The position numbers and the translations under genes were made by a program. The notes below the pieces were generated by a model. That model had not been told where the DNA came from. It worked only from the letters and a program-made list of their open reading frames with translations, and did no database searches. This document shows positions 8,601 through 17,800 of a stretch of 20,000 nucleotides of DNA, in pieces (within the stretch, counting starts at the first letter, position 1; the number at the start of each line of letters is the position of its first letter). Origin of the DNA: an uncultured virus (IMG/VR IMGVR_UViG_3300020197_000011). Taxonomy: Duplodnaviria > Heunggongvirae > Uroviricota > Caudoviricetes. The stretch lies in the IMG/VR virus record IMGVR_UViG_3300020197_000011; one strand, given 5' to 3'.

Positions 8601-10222
8601 GTATACTCGGTAATTGCAGTAGAAACTCTACTTGTAGTTTCAACTCCATTGAAAATAAACTTTTCTCCAGATGCAAAAGATCCTTGAACACCGTATGCCG
8701 TTATAATACCGGCATTATTAACATCAAATCTCAGATAACCAGTAGCTCCACTTGCCTTTCCTTTAATGTGAACTGGAGTAGATAATGTAATTGGTTCATT
8801 CAATGAAATTTCGGTATAAGTTTCAATATCAAATAATGCAATATCCCATTGATTTAAGTTTGCATTTGAAGTAGTATAGGATCCTGATTCTAGAGCAAAA
8901 TCATAAACTCTAGCAACTCCAATTTCTTTTCCTGCCCCAACTGTCTGAGATGTTCCAACTCTCGAATCTCTTAAACTTACAATAAAAGGACTTGCAAGAT
9001 CTAAGTTAGGAGCGCCATAAACACGATTTAATGTATAAGTTGAACCAGTTAAGTATTGAATACTTGCGTTGGGTTGTGTTTTAGTTGTTCTTGGTTTCTT
9101 AAAGTCTAAAAATACAGTAGAAGTTGTTTCTACCTCACAACCTTTGATATAAGCTTTTCCTGGAGAAATTTTATAAGTTCCTAAATCATCTGCTGGAACA
9201 TTATTATTATATGTTAACTGTACGGGATCAAATACCCCACTATTTCCCAAATAATTGTTTAATGTCTCTTTTGGAGTGATTGAAAACGATTTTACATAGT
9301 AATCGCCAGATTCGTCTGAAGTTCTTCTTGCCAACTCTGTTTGAAGAACATTATACTGTGGATTTGGTGTAGTGTTTTTGATTAATACACCATTTCTAAT
9401 TTCAAGAAGTCCTACAAAGTTTTCTGTATTAACTACATCAATTTCTTTTTTAGATAACTGTGCTGAAATTTTAAAACGATCAGCGCCTGGAGCAGCATAA
9501 TTTGAAAATCCTTGAGCATTATCATTTAAACTTTCATCTTCGTCTGAAGTAATGATTTCTTCAATAACATCAAGTCCGACTTTGTATGATGGTTGGTTTG
9601 AGTATGGATCTAAAATTAAAGTTTCATCATCAACTTCAACAAAAGATCCTCTTAAGAAATAGATACCAGCAGATAAAATGATTGCTGATCCAATAGCTGA
9701 GCAGTCTGAAGTTGTATTTGCAAATCCTTCCCCTGCCTGAATAATAATAGCATCTTTAGTAAAAAGTTCTTGCAGGTTTAATTTTTCTCTATCGGAAAAT
9801 ACTCTTTGCTCTTCAATACCAGATGCCAAATAACTTACATATAATGTAGCATACTCGTTTCCAATTTCATTTTCAGTCAAAACATGAATAATTTTTGCTT
9901 CAACTTTAGTAGTATCTCCAATAATAGTTTTTCCTACTAAGCCTGGAAGATATTGATTTACATCTATTCCCAAATATTGATTTTCAATTTTTACAGCAAA
10001 AAATTGATTGTTATAGTTTATCTGGCCTGGAATTACAACAGATCCTTCTTTAAATACATGATTACCAAATTGCTCAATTTGATTTTGTAGAGTTGATTGT
10101 AAAGTCGTTAATTCTCTTGCCTGAACAGGATATCCCGGTTTGAATAATACCTTATGATAATTTTTTGTTGCATCAAAATCATCAAAATATGGCGAAACGT
10201 TGAGGTTAGTCTGTTGAGGCAT
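2603..10222 (-). CDS. Giant virion structural protein, DUF4815 / VrlC-like (baseplate/tail-associated)
   Basis: 2539-aa ORF. N-terminus NLNVSPYFDDFD...KVLFKPGYPVQARELTTLQSTLQNQI...VFKEG, plus NDNAQGFSNYAAPGADRFKI, LARRTSDESGDY, YLPRVDRL, RFKSGFFVDDF, DPLAQSF, GSLFKSQNGSTW and terminal PPRLREFRVIALA, are characteristic of the DUF4815-type protein that follows gp8 in T4-like cyanophages. Confidence 0.88.
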   Translation of the reverse strand: MPQQTNLNVSPYFDDFDATKNYHKVLFKPGYPVQARELTTLQSTLQNQIEQFGNHVFKEGSVVIPGQINYNNQFFAVKIENQYLGIDVNQYLPGLVGKTIIGDTTKVEAKIIHVLTENEIGNEYATLYVSYLASGIEEQRVFSDREKLNLQELFTKDAIIIQAGEGFANTTSDCSAIGSAIILSAGIYFLRGSFVEVDDETLILDPYSNQPSYKVGLDVIEEIITSDEDESLNDNAQGFSNYAAPGADRFKISAQLSKKEIDVVNTENFVGLLEIRNGVLIKNTTPNPQYNVLQTELARRTSDESGDYYVKSFSITPKETLNNYLGNSGVFDPVQLTYNNNVPADDLGTYKISPGKAYIKGCEVETTSTVFLDFKKPRTTKTQPNASIQYLTGSTYTLNRVYGAPNLDLASPFIVSLRDSRVGTSQTVGAGKEIGVARVYDFALESGSYTTSNANLNQWDIALFDIETYTEISLNEPITLSTPVHIKGKASGATGYLRFDVNNAGIITAYGVQGSFASGEKFIFNGVETTSRVSTAITEYTTRDIQSVSQLSGISTIFTGDIIPSAVYNVGIASITALSTAGISSITIPTSTDFTFTNNLKVGSLVGYTVPGSALPTLSKVLTIEPRTITVTGITTVTGINKGSPPSTSSNVTDLTILGSRFQISSDNTLYTQLPKSYVMSVDLTESNLTIRKEFSVSITSNQTNTVTAGTNEFFLPFDEERYVLTRSDGTFEVLTSDKLVFDSESKQLTIFGLGTNDTNARLITTLRKINVTSKVKNKNRINTLVINNSKLSASGIGSTTLNDGLTYGSYPYGTRVQDEEISLNTPEVTFLYAILESNNTDDPITPAITFNQLNGPTAKTGDLLVGEQFVGKTSKAVGVYVARNNDLKIDFLYLNEKTFQENEVVTFKESGITGVIQTIELGSTNILNNYELDYGQTDTIYNYVRVIRKANTKEPSKKLKIIFESAGFASSDLGDITTADSYNQFDYCTVAFAKPNVNNTDILDIRPRVANYTTTEGTRSPFEFLSRTFSISGNSGRNILASDESIVLSYSHYLPRVDRLFLTKEGIFQLNLGDPAENPELPPALPDALEVATITLPPYLCDVSKVQINFLQHKRYQMKDISNLEERIKNLESYTTLNLLETVTQNTTIKDTLGVDRFKSGFFVDDFTTTNSQNKSTIIKNSIDPVNSELRPSPYTTQVDLLIGSKSLIGIGQSVDPTADSRFVTDLVGNNIRRTGQLITLDYTDVEKVIQPYATRSVNVTPFLVTKYNGQIELFPSSDTWVDQVRIDAKRVEIDNFTATQDQLIAQGWDPQTGYSPVTWGAWETTWSGTTSSQSQSAQYYGYGWPYWGWGRYYGWYGGYYGYYAGHPRYGGWWGGWWGGALVTTTTTATTTKQQQRSGTRLQLHERVTTESLGDSVVSSEMLQYMRSRNVEFTGKRFRPFTQVYSFFDGQDVNTYITPKLLEITMESGVFEVGETVVGSLPLNAIAENFTPQTTLESIVFRVAAPNHKYGPFNNPIDIFVRNPYDQQNTTALPSDYSSTSTILNIDVSSLAEQALGSFYGSVVSGIKLRGQTSGAEATINNVRLVTDNVGTVIGSFLIPNPNVPTNPTFETGTKTFRLTSSSVNSQIDGVVDTSGEGSYYAQGKLDTIQETIVSTRSAEFTSETLTENRTITETSTSASSNVVGYNPWYRYGRWGYCYWDPLAQSFFVDEENGIFVTKVDLYFRTKDDTLPVIVQFRPMTLGTPKSEVYPLSSIAVEPKDINVSDDGSVKTTIVFPSPVYLKGGQEHAIVLLSESNEYNVWISRLGEATADTASGPESQQVIVTQQPLLGSLFKSQNGSTWDPSQYEDLKMTLYRAEFNTSSIGDINFYNPDLNIGNKQIANLLINPLELNSRVLRIGLGKTVTDTGLTLGNTIIQTNSNASGNYVGAAGSATGTMTIVNAGIGYSDGVFADVALANVTGSGRDATAKITIINNVATAATISYPGSGYRVGDVLTATNFGGSVLGRNLRLSVSSIDAINELIVDNVQGTFTTGAGSTIAYIATGIGSTNLNGTAGNVEVTYATVDSEDKEGTFIKVNHKNHGMYALNNDVTISGVYPDSLPSFLTADVAKDSTASISLSDMILDPITGISIFQTFENVSVSSTNPGYVLIDQEIIAYEGVSGNTLTGITRQIDQTKSFTYTTGTPVFKYELDGVSLRRINKTHTLQDASDLDRSLDLDYYYIKVDTSQAGKTESSPHGQVDRSVSTSFPRLYINETKSAGGPNIYATQNIPFEIIKPNIQTMKLTNTNITATVRTTSGSSIDGTEESYLDQGFEPINLDGNTYFSTPRIIASKINESTKLIPATFPGSKSLTLNMKLSSADENISPVIDLDRVSVILTSNRVNSPITNYATDFRVSSLKDDPSAFVYATNAISLEVPASSLKIITAGYVNQLSDLRALYAIMKDPNETPVYYPFPGYNNLTNLGSIIDSANNDGLPDKNIAKSANFKNLSPELEYKEYQFTINNLPEFRYFSVKLIGSSQDQAHPPRLREFRVIALA
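6080..6165. repeat. Short in-frame tandem repeats inside the Trp/Tyr/Gly-rich segment
   Basis: gccgccccacca x2 at 6080-6103 (WWGG units); cataatatc at 6127-6135, 6136-6144 and 6157-6165 (G/R-YY units). Confidence 0.8.
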
Positions 10223-10228
10223 GATTCT

Positions 10229-11782
10229 TTAGAATTGCAAAATGACTTTAATATCTTCTTTTTGGTTAGTTGATCTAGTAATCGATGGACGATTATCAAC
10301 ATAAATTGTATTTCCAGAATATTTTTTGACTTCTGGATTTGCTACACCACTTGTAAAATCTTGGCCCAAATAATATGTCCTACTATTTATTGTAGTTGAA
10401 ATACCACTAAATCCAGTGTCAATTGAAAGGTTTGTGCTGCCACCTTGAATCGTTAGAGAACCTCCACTTGCTGGTAAGGAAGTAAATCTATTTAATTTAA
10501 ATCCATATGTTGGAAGAGAATTTTGGGTTCCATCAGTATTAAACCCAACCAAGGTTCTGTCTTGCCAATATTTTAAAACACCAGTATTTTGATCATATGA
10601 AATAACCCTACCAACCGCTGTAGATCCAACACCAACTGTTTGAGTGATTCTACTATCTGCTGCGAATGTAGCTGAACTATATCCAACTCCAGTCAATTTT
10701 AGAGCATAGACTGCACTTGCTTTATCAAGATTTAATAAAGAAGTTGATCCATATGCCTCTGGATTTTCAATAATTCCAACCCTAGCAATTTGATTTCCTG
10801 TAATAAAATCTGGATTTTGGGAGTCATTTTCAATTCTAGAGTAAATTAAAACATTAAATGCACCCAATTCTCTATAAATGTTTGCACCATGTCCACCTTT
10901 AGGTGGAATAATTACATCAAAAGTTGGTGCGGTTGTTCCTGTCGGTACATTTCCAGCAACTAAATCAACAGTTCCGTAGGTATATCCAGATCCTCCATTA
11001 GAAATAGTAATAGATTCTACTTTAGAATCATTATTAATAATGACTGTTGCTTCTGCATTAAAACCATCTCCACGAATAGGAACTCTGGTATAAGTTTTGT
11101 TTGCTGTTCCTAAACCAACTCCACGATTTACAATTGTTACAATTTTTAATTGTCCACTAGTAGAAGCATTGTTTCTTACAGCCGAATCTGTAGAATTGGT
11201 TTCCCAATCTCTAGGAACTGGCATAAAGTTAATAGAATCAAACTTAACAATATCGCTTGGTTTAATTGTATAAAGATACTTCCAAATATATCCATCTCCA
11301 CTATTACCAGCAGATCTTGGCTCTAAATCTGTAAAAGTTGGCTCATCTAATGATGGTTTTCCTTCTGGATTTTCAGGATCAATGCCATTATAAAGACAAA
11401 TATAAACTTTATAATCGCTATTTACTACATAAAAATTTGATGAATATAAACTGGTTACTCCTGAAGGCTTTGATAAATTAGTTCTACTAATATCATGCCG
11501 ATACATGTCATATGTTGTACCAGAAGTCCAAGTGATTTTTCGAATTACTTGTTTTACGTCACTGGAATTAATTTTTTTTAATGCAATTGCAGTGTCCCAA
11601 TGATCATTTTCTTGATCAAAATTATCCTTTGGGGCAGGAGGATTAATATCCCAATTAGAGCTATAATTTGTTGCATTGGGAAGTCCTACAAAAGCATAAT
11701 AAGAATTTGCTGAAGATGTTGCTGCAGCAACGAAATTCTTCGCATTTAAAATTCTTAATTGATCAGTTATAATTGCAGACAT
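10229..11782 (-). CDS. gp8: T4-like baseplate wedge subunit gp8
   Basis: 517-aa ORF with MSAIITDQLRILNAKNFV, WTSGTTYDMYRHD, FYVVNSDYKVYICL, DGYIWKYLYTI, FMPVP and terminal YVDNRPSITRSTNQKEDIKVILQF; positioned right after the gp7-like gene. Confidence 0.92.
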   Translation of the reverse strand: MSAIITDQLRILNAKNFVAAATSSANSYYAFVGLPNATNYSSNWDINPPAPKDNFDQENDHWDTAIALKKINSSDVKQVIRKITWTSGTTYDMYRHDISRTNLSKPSGVTSLYSSNFYVVNSDYKVYICLYNGIDPENPEGKPSLDEPTFTDLEPRSAGNSGDGYIWKYLYTIKPSDIVKFDSINFMPVPRDWETNSTDSAVRNNASTSGQLKIVTIVNRGVGLGTANKTYTRVPIRGDGFNAEATVIINNDSKVESITISNGGSGYTYGTVDLVAGNVPTGTTAPTFDVIIPPKGGHGANIYRELGAFNVLIYSRIENDSQNPDFITGNQIARVGIIENPEAYGSTSLLNLDKASAVYALKLTGVGYSSATFAADSRITQTVGVGSTAVGRVISYDQNTGVLKYWQDRTLVGFNTDGTQNSLPTYGFKLNRFTSLPASGGSLTIQGGSTNLSIDTGFSGISTTINSRTYYLGQDFTSGVANPEVKKYSGNTIYVDNRPSITRSTNQKEDIKVILQF

Positions 11783-11799
11783 TTTGTCGTTTTTTTATC

Positions 11800-11807
11800 T
11801 ATTTATG
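11800..11807 (-). promoter_or_regulatory. T4-type late promoter-like element (CATAAATA)
   Basis: Minus strand reads CATAAATAGATAAAAAAACGACAAAATG: 7/8 match to the T4 gp55 late promoter TATAAATA, overlapping the gp7 stop codon and 17 nt before the gp8 ATG. Confidence 0.7.
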
Positions 11808-14800
11808 TGTTATAATTGCGGTATTTGAGTGGATTTACTCTTTGAATTGTTGGTGAAGTACTAATTCCTAAAATACCATTATTATAAATTGTAAATTCTT
11901 TAGGATCTAATCTGACAAAAGAACTTAATCTTCCCCAACTATATTCACCATAGAAACTACTAAATCCAAATCCACTTAATCCATTATAAGAATCAAGACT
12001 TACAGTTACTTGAGCAACATAAGTTAATCCAACTCCAGCAACATCAGTTTGCGCGATAGAAACTGATGCTACCTCGTAAATATTATCAATAAAAGTACTT
12101 CCTAGTCCAACAACAGATCCATCTTGTCTTAAAGAGGTAACTCCATATCCAATATTGGAATTATCAATAATAAAGTAATATCCAGTTTGAATTCCACTAA
12201 CTCCTGTAGTTGCAATACCAACAGTATTAATGTTTAAATCTCTTAAGAAAGAATCTTGAGGAATAAAGAAATCAAACACAATACCCGTAGATGCAACTCC
12301 AACAGATGTTGAATTGACTCCTACAATAATACCAAAGTCACCTTCATAAGAAACATTATCAATTATCTCATACTTGGGTGGAGGTTGCTCTATTAAAACA
12401 GATGGTGGATTTGTGGTAGTATACCCATATCCAGGATAATCTATGGAAATAGATGTTACACTTCCAGATGATATAGTTGCTGTTGCTGTCGCTCTTGTTG
12501 TTCCAATTCCAATTGGATCAGAAATCGTGACAGTTGGTGTTGTTGTATATCCAACGCCTCCATCAGAAATAACGATTGAACTAATTGTTCCAGCGATTGA
12601 AACTAAAGCAGTTGCGATTCCTCCAACAATTATATCTTGATCTATAAGAATTAATTTTCGTGGTAACTTAGAACTTGAATCATACTCTTTAGCATGATCA
12701 AAAAATGTTTTAACACTTTCGACAAAAATTTCATCTGAAGAAATGCCTACATTTTGAATAATATTTGTTGTTGGTTGAATCAAAGGTTCATAAGAAATTC
12801 TATCTTTACCAACACCAACACCATTAATAATTTTATCTTCAGTTTGTCTACACCAAATCAAAGGCCTCAATAGTGTACTATCTTGAGTTAGTCCTGGTTT
12901 ATAATAAGCATTAGTTTGAATTATATCTGTAGAGTTTATTTGAGTAACCAATCTCTTATTTTGTGTCAAGTCAATGCTATCATCATATAATTGTACGGTG
13001 TCGCCTTCTTTGATTGTTTCAAGAATATCAACAGTTATAACATCAATATCACCATTGCCTTTATAAAAAAGTAATTTTGATATGTCTCCAGGTTTTGGAG
13101 GCTCTGGGAAAGTAATTGTACTTCCGCCATCAAATGTGTATCCATTTCCGGGAACTTGCAAAATGTCATTAATGAAAACTAATAATGTTGCTTGAATATC
13201 AATATTTGATCCTTTTCTTGCTCTAATTGTCGTTTGAAGTCCGTCAATTTTTAATGGGAAAGTTTTTAACTCGCCATCAAATAGATTATCAATAGGATCT
13301 AAAACTTGTAAATCTCCAATCGTCATTCCAAAGAAAGAATCTGTTTGAGTTCTATCAATTGCAATTTGGAACTCTTCAAAAGTAAGCGCAGTGTCTGTTG
13401 GAATACCAGTTGATCCTCCAGTAGCAACAGTTAGAATTTCGCCTTGTCCATAAGAATATCCAGTGTTTCTAATTTCAAAGTTAATTACGCTTGAACCTTG
13501 GCCAACAACAATATCGACAACCGCTCCAGTACCTACTCCAAGAACGGAAGAGGAACTATAAATTAATGGAATATTTGAATATGAAAGTGGATCATCAAAT
13601 ACTACAATTGGGGGATTGGATGATGTATAACCAATCCCAGGATTTGTGATTGCAACTCCAATAACATGTCCATCACTTATAGTAGCAATTCCAATATACT
13701 CAATATTGACAATTCCAGTGCTTTCGGTAATAACTCCAACATTGACGTGAGTTTGAATTCCAGATCTATATCCAGAACCACTGTTTCCAATACTAATTGA
13801 TTCAATAGTTCCCGCAATAGAAACAATTGCAGTTCCTCCTGCAGCAACTAATGGTTGATACCCAAATCCTTCAGTTGATGCGACAGAAACTATAATTCCA
13901 CCACGAGGAATGCTTGCAGTATTGACATCATAATCTGTAGAAATTCCTGTTCCAGTAAATGTGATTGACGTAATTCCTGATTGCTCACTAAGATCATAAT
14001 CGCCAATAATTGGATTTGCTCCATCTCTTGCTGGCCCTTGGAAAATTTGATTAATTAAAACTACAGCATTGCTGGTTGAGAATCCTGTGACATTTGAATT
14101 GTTTGTTTGTAGCGTAAATGTTTTATCGGATCCATTAAATTGCGAAGAAATATCATCAAAAATGTAATTATTATAGTATGGTTCATTAGAAGTTTGTGGG
14201 ACTCCAGATTTTGTAAAAACTCTTCCACTAAATGTGGATCCAGTAGTCAATCCAACATAATCTTGTTCATCTGCTCTATTTGATGGATTGGAAAAGGGAA
14301 CTAGTCCATATGGAGCAGTAACAAAATGAATAGTATTATTAGTAATATTGTAATTTCCTAAAACTTTAGTTATAATAGAATTTTGAGCGTGTGTTGCAAC
14401 TCCAGTTCCAAGAAGAGGACGTTCAACCACTACAGCATTAGTAAATCCAATTCCAATTGAACTAATCTTCATAATTTCATTATCGATCTTAATTAAATCC
14501 CCACCAAAGAATGAGGTGATTCCACTTAATGTTATTTGAGTATCTGTTGCCGAAACATATGTACTAATAGTTGTTGTTATTGCTGTAGAAACAATGGGAG
14601 ATTGTATTACATTATCGATACTAATCAATGCTTTATTATTTTGATTCAAAGATCTTAAAACATGAGAAGTTCCGATTCCTACACTGCTCAAAGTTAATAC
14701 AGATGGAGGAACACTTAAAGCTTCAGATGCTGATGCTGCTACCCGAACATAAAGATCATTAACTTTTACGACATACAAATCTGTTGGCAATTTGTCGGTA

Positions 14801-17800
14801 GTGCCAATACCAACAATTGACGTTGTGGAAATTCCAATTGCATTTAATGTGCCCGCACCAGAATCATCATAAGTGTATGATATTTTTTCACCTGTAACAA
14901 AGAAGTGATTTGGAACTTTAATTGCATTTAAACTCAAATCTACAATTGAGGAATCATTTCCAAGAACATATCTTTCAAAAATTGAAAGTTCTTTATAAGT
15001 TAGTGGAAAAGACTTTTTGATGTCAATGTCAGTTCCACTATATGATCCATAATCACCCTCAATATTTGCTAATTCTAAATCTATTTCTGAATCTAAAGAT
15101 AAATTGTGAACATGACTAACTAAATGTTCAAATACTCTAACTTGGCAATCTATATTTGCATTTGGAGTAAATTTAAGTTGATAATTATTACCAGAAAGAT
15201 CTGCACTGAAATCGCCAAGATATGAGTTTGTAGTTAAAGTTCCAAACTCTGTTATATAAGCATTTGAACCTTCAGAAATACCAATTATCTCTTCAGTTTG
15301 ATATTGATTATTGGTAGTATCTTCTATTGAAACAATATAATATGCAGAAGTATAGTCATCAAGATTGAATTGAGAAACTACCGTAGCTGTTGGTGATGTT
15401 GATGATGCAATAGAAACAAAGTTAGAAGAAAGTTGCGTGTCAAGAATTGTTGAAGTTCCAACTCCTACTGAGTTTGTATTTGCAATAGAAACTTGGATCG
15501 TATTTACATTATAATCAGTACTCAATCCAACATTTGGAGTAAAATCGATATTTAAAGTAGATCCCGAAATATATGCAGAGTATGTTCCCAATCCAGGGAT
15601 TCCGTCTGGTTGAAGAGTATCAGTGGTTAACTGTCCATACTCAAGTAACTCTACATTAGTGTTATCATGTATTAAAGTAATCTCATCGACTTCAAAATAT
15701 GACTCATCTGAAGCAGTAAATAAAATTAAAACTTTCGTTGATCTATATGTAGATGCAATTCCAACAATAGTTGTTGCTGTAGATGTTCCTATAGATACAA
15801 GAGTTGTTGAACTTTGAATTTTTACGACATCACCTAAATTGCAAGTTGCAATTCCCGAAGCAATATCTCCAATTCCATAGGATGATAATGAAATGTCGTA
15901 ATTATTTAATGCAAATTGTTTTGGGAAAAATAAGAGTTGCCCATCAGTTCCACTTATATTAAAATCAAAAGAACCCAAATCATGAACAGTTTCAACTCTT
16001 CCATATTGATTCAAATATGCATTACCACCATCATCATGCAACATCGAAATTATAAGAGTTTCTCTTTCATTTGTGTCAAATGTGTCAAATATAGATGCGA
16101 TATATTTTTTATACCTATGAGCACTTGTTAGGAAAGTATCAACTACACTGAATTTTGTTGGCCTTGGATTACTATTGAATTGATTTCCTAAATCATCAAC
16201 AACTAAAACTCTATTGCCTATCGATTCTAAGTAATCTTGCACCACTTGAGAATTCAATACAATCTCATTTGAAGCAAAATTGCCACTAATATTAATAATT
16301 CTTTCCGATGCCAAATCAAAATCATATGTGCAGTTTAAACTTACATTTCTAGTGAGATCTGCTATTCCACTAACATCTCCATTATCTTGAGAAGTAGAGA
16401 TTCCTGAATAAATTGATGGTGACGAATTAAGTAATAAATCACTGAATTTTTTAAATCCGGCAGTGTGATTCAAAGAACTAACAGGATCATTCCAAGTTTC
16501 AATTTCTACTTCAGATTTCAGTGAATATGAGAAATATTGATAATAATCATTATCATGAATTCTTTGTAAATCATTATTCAAAAATCCCGTCTCAGTATTC
16601 CATCCTTTTCTTACGGTTGATCCGGATCCAACATTATATACTGAGTCTGCTTTAATAACATTATTAATTAATGCTTTAGTTCCCGAACTTTGGCCAATTA
16701 ATATTTCGTTAGCAATAAAATCTTTGTTAGTTGCTACCTTTAAATTTCCATTCAATTCATCCCATTCTTGAACTACTCCTAAAGAAGAATTTGAATATAC
16801 ATTTTCCCCAACACTAAATTCATTTGGTTCAATTTCTATATCGAAAATTGGAAAATGACTTTGAGGAATTATTCTTCCAGCAGAATTGAGTGGATCAAAT
16901 GTTCCGGGAATTTGTCCCGCAGAAAGATATGATGTTAAATTATAAGAGACAGTTGCGCCAATACCGCCAATATTTGGATCAGTATTTACAATCGCAAATA
17001 AAGCATAGTTATATCCTGAAGAATTATATCCCCTAGCAGTAGTAGCAATACCAACACCTATACCTTCAATTAGAACTTTATCTCCAATTCCAAAGGGGAA
17101 ATCTGATGCGTTACTAAAACTAGATCCTAAAGTTACAATAACATCTTTAGTTGATTCTATAAAACGAATTGTACTTATACCAACTCCATTAATATTGTTA
17201 ACTGGCAAAATTGTGGGAGTAGCATTACTTAAACTCTTTGTATTTTTAAGAATAGTAACACTCTGGTTATCCAAATCATATTCCAAATCAACATCATTAA
17301 TAGTTTGATTTGTTATACCATCAATAACCAATAAATCTGGTGCTAAAGTATAATTTCTTCCAACCGAAGAAATTCCAATCGATTTGAATGATGAAAGATT
17401 TTCTATTTGCAAAACATCTGGTAATTTTGCAGAAGGACGAACAGTTAGATCGGAGGGATAATCAAATCCAATATCTTGAATTTCAATTTTATTAATTAGT
17501 CCTATTGAAGAACTGTTTACCTTAAGAATTGCATTGTTGCCAAATGTAGATTTGATAAAAGAAACTTTTGGAATTTTTTTATAATTTCTACCTTTTGAAT
17601 TCAGTTCAATTGATGATATTGTGCCATATACTGTTTTCGAATCTGTAGTATATTCAATTATAGCTTCGGATGATGTATATTCGGACTTTTCTGGAGTAGA
17701 TGATGTAGTATATGTGAAAGAAGTTGAAGAGTTTTGGAAAATATTATGCAATCCATTATAAATGCTATCTACTAATAAAATTTGATTATAATTAACAACC

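Noticed and set aside
343..15817. Plus-strand ORFs 343-606, 3057-3251, 5346-5543, 7824-8117, 8220-8522, 12443-12640 and 15623-15817
   Set aside because: Antisense shadows of long minus-strand genes, rich in V/P/I/T as expected from reverse-complemented Gly/Thr/Asn codons, mostly with non-ATG starts and no recognisable motifs.
3284..16131. Short ORFs 3284-3478, 8573-8785 and 15937-16131 (+) and 10108-10302 (-)
   Set aside because: Overlap well-supported structural genes, are about 65 aa, and show no RBS or family features; expected by chance.
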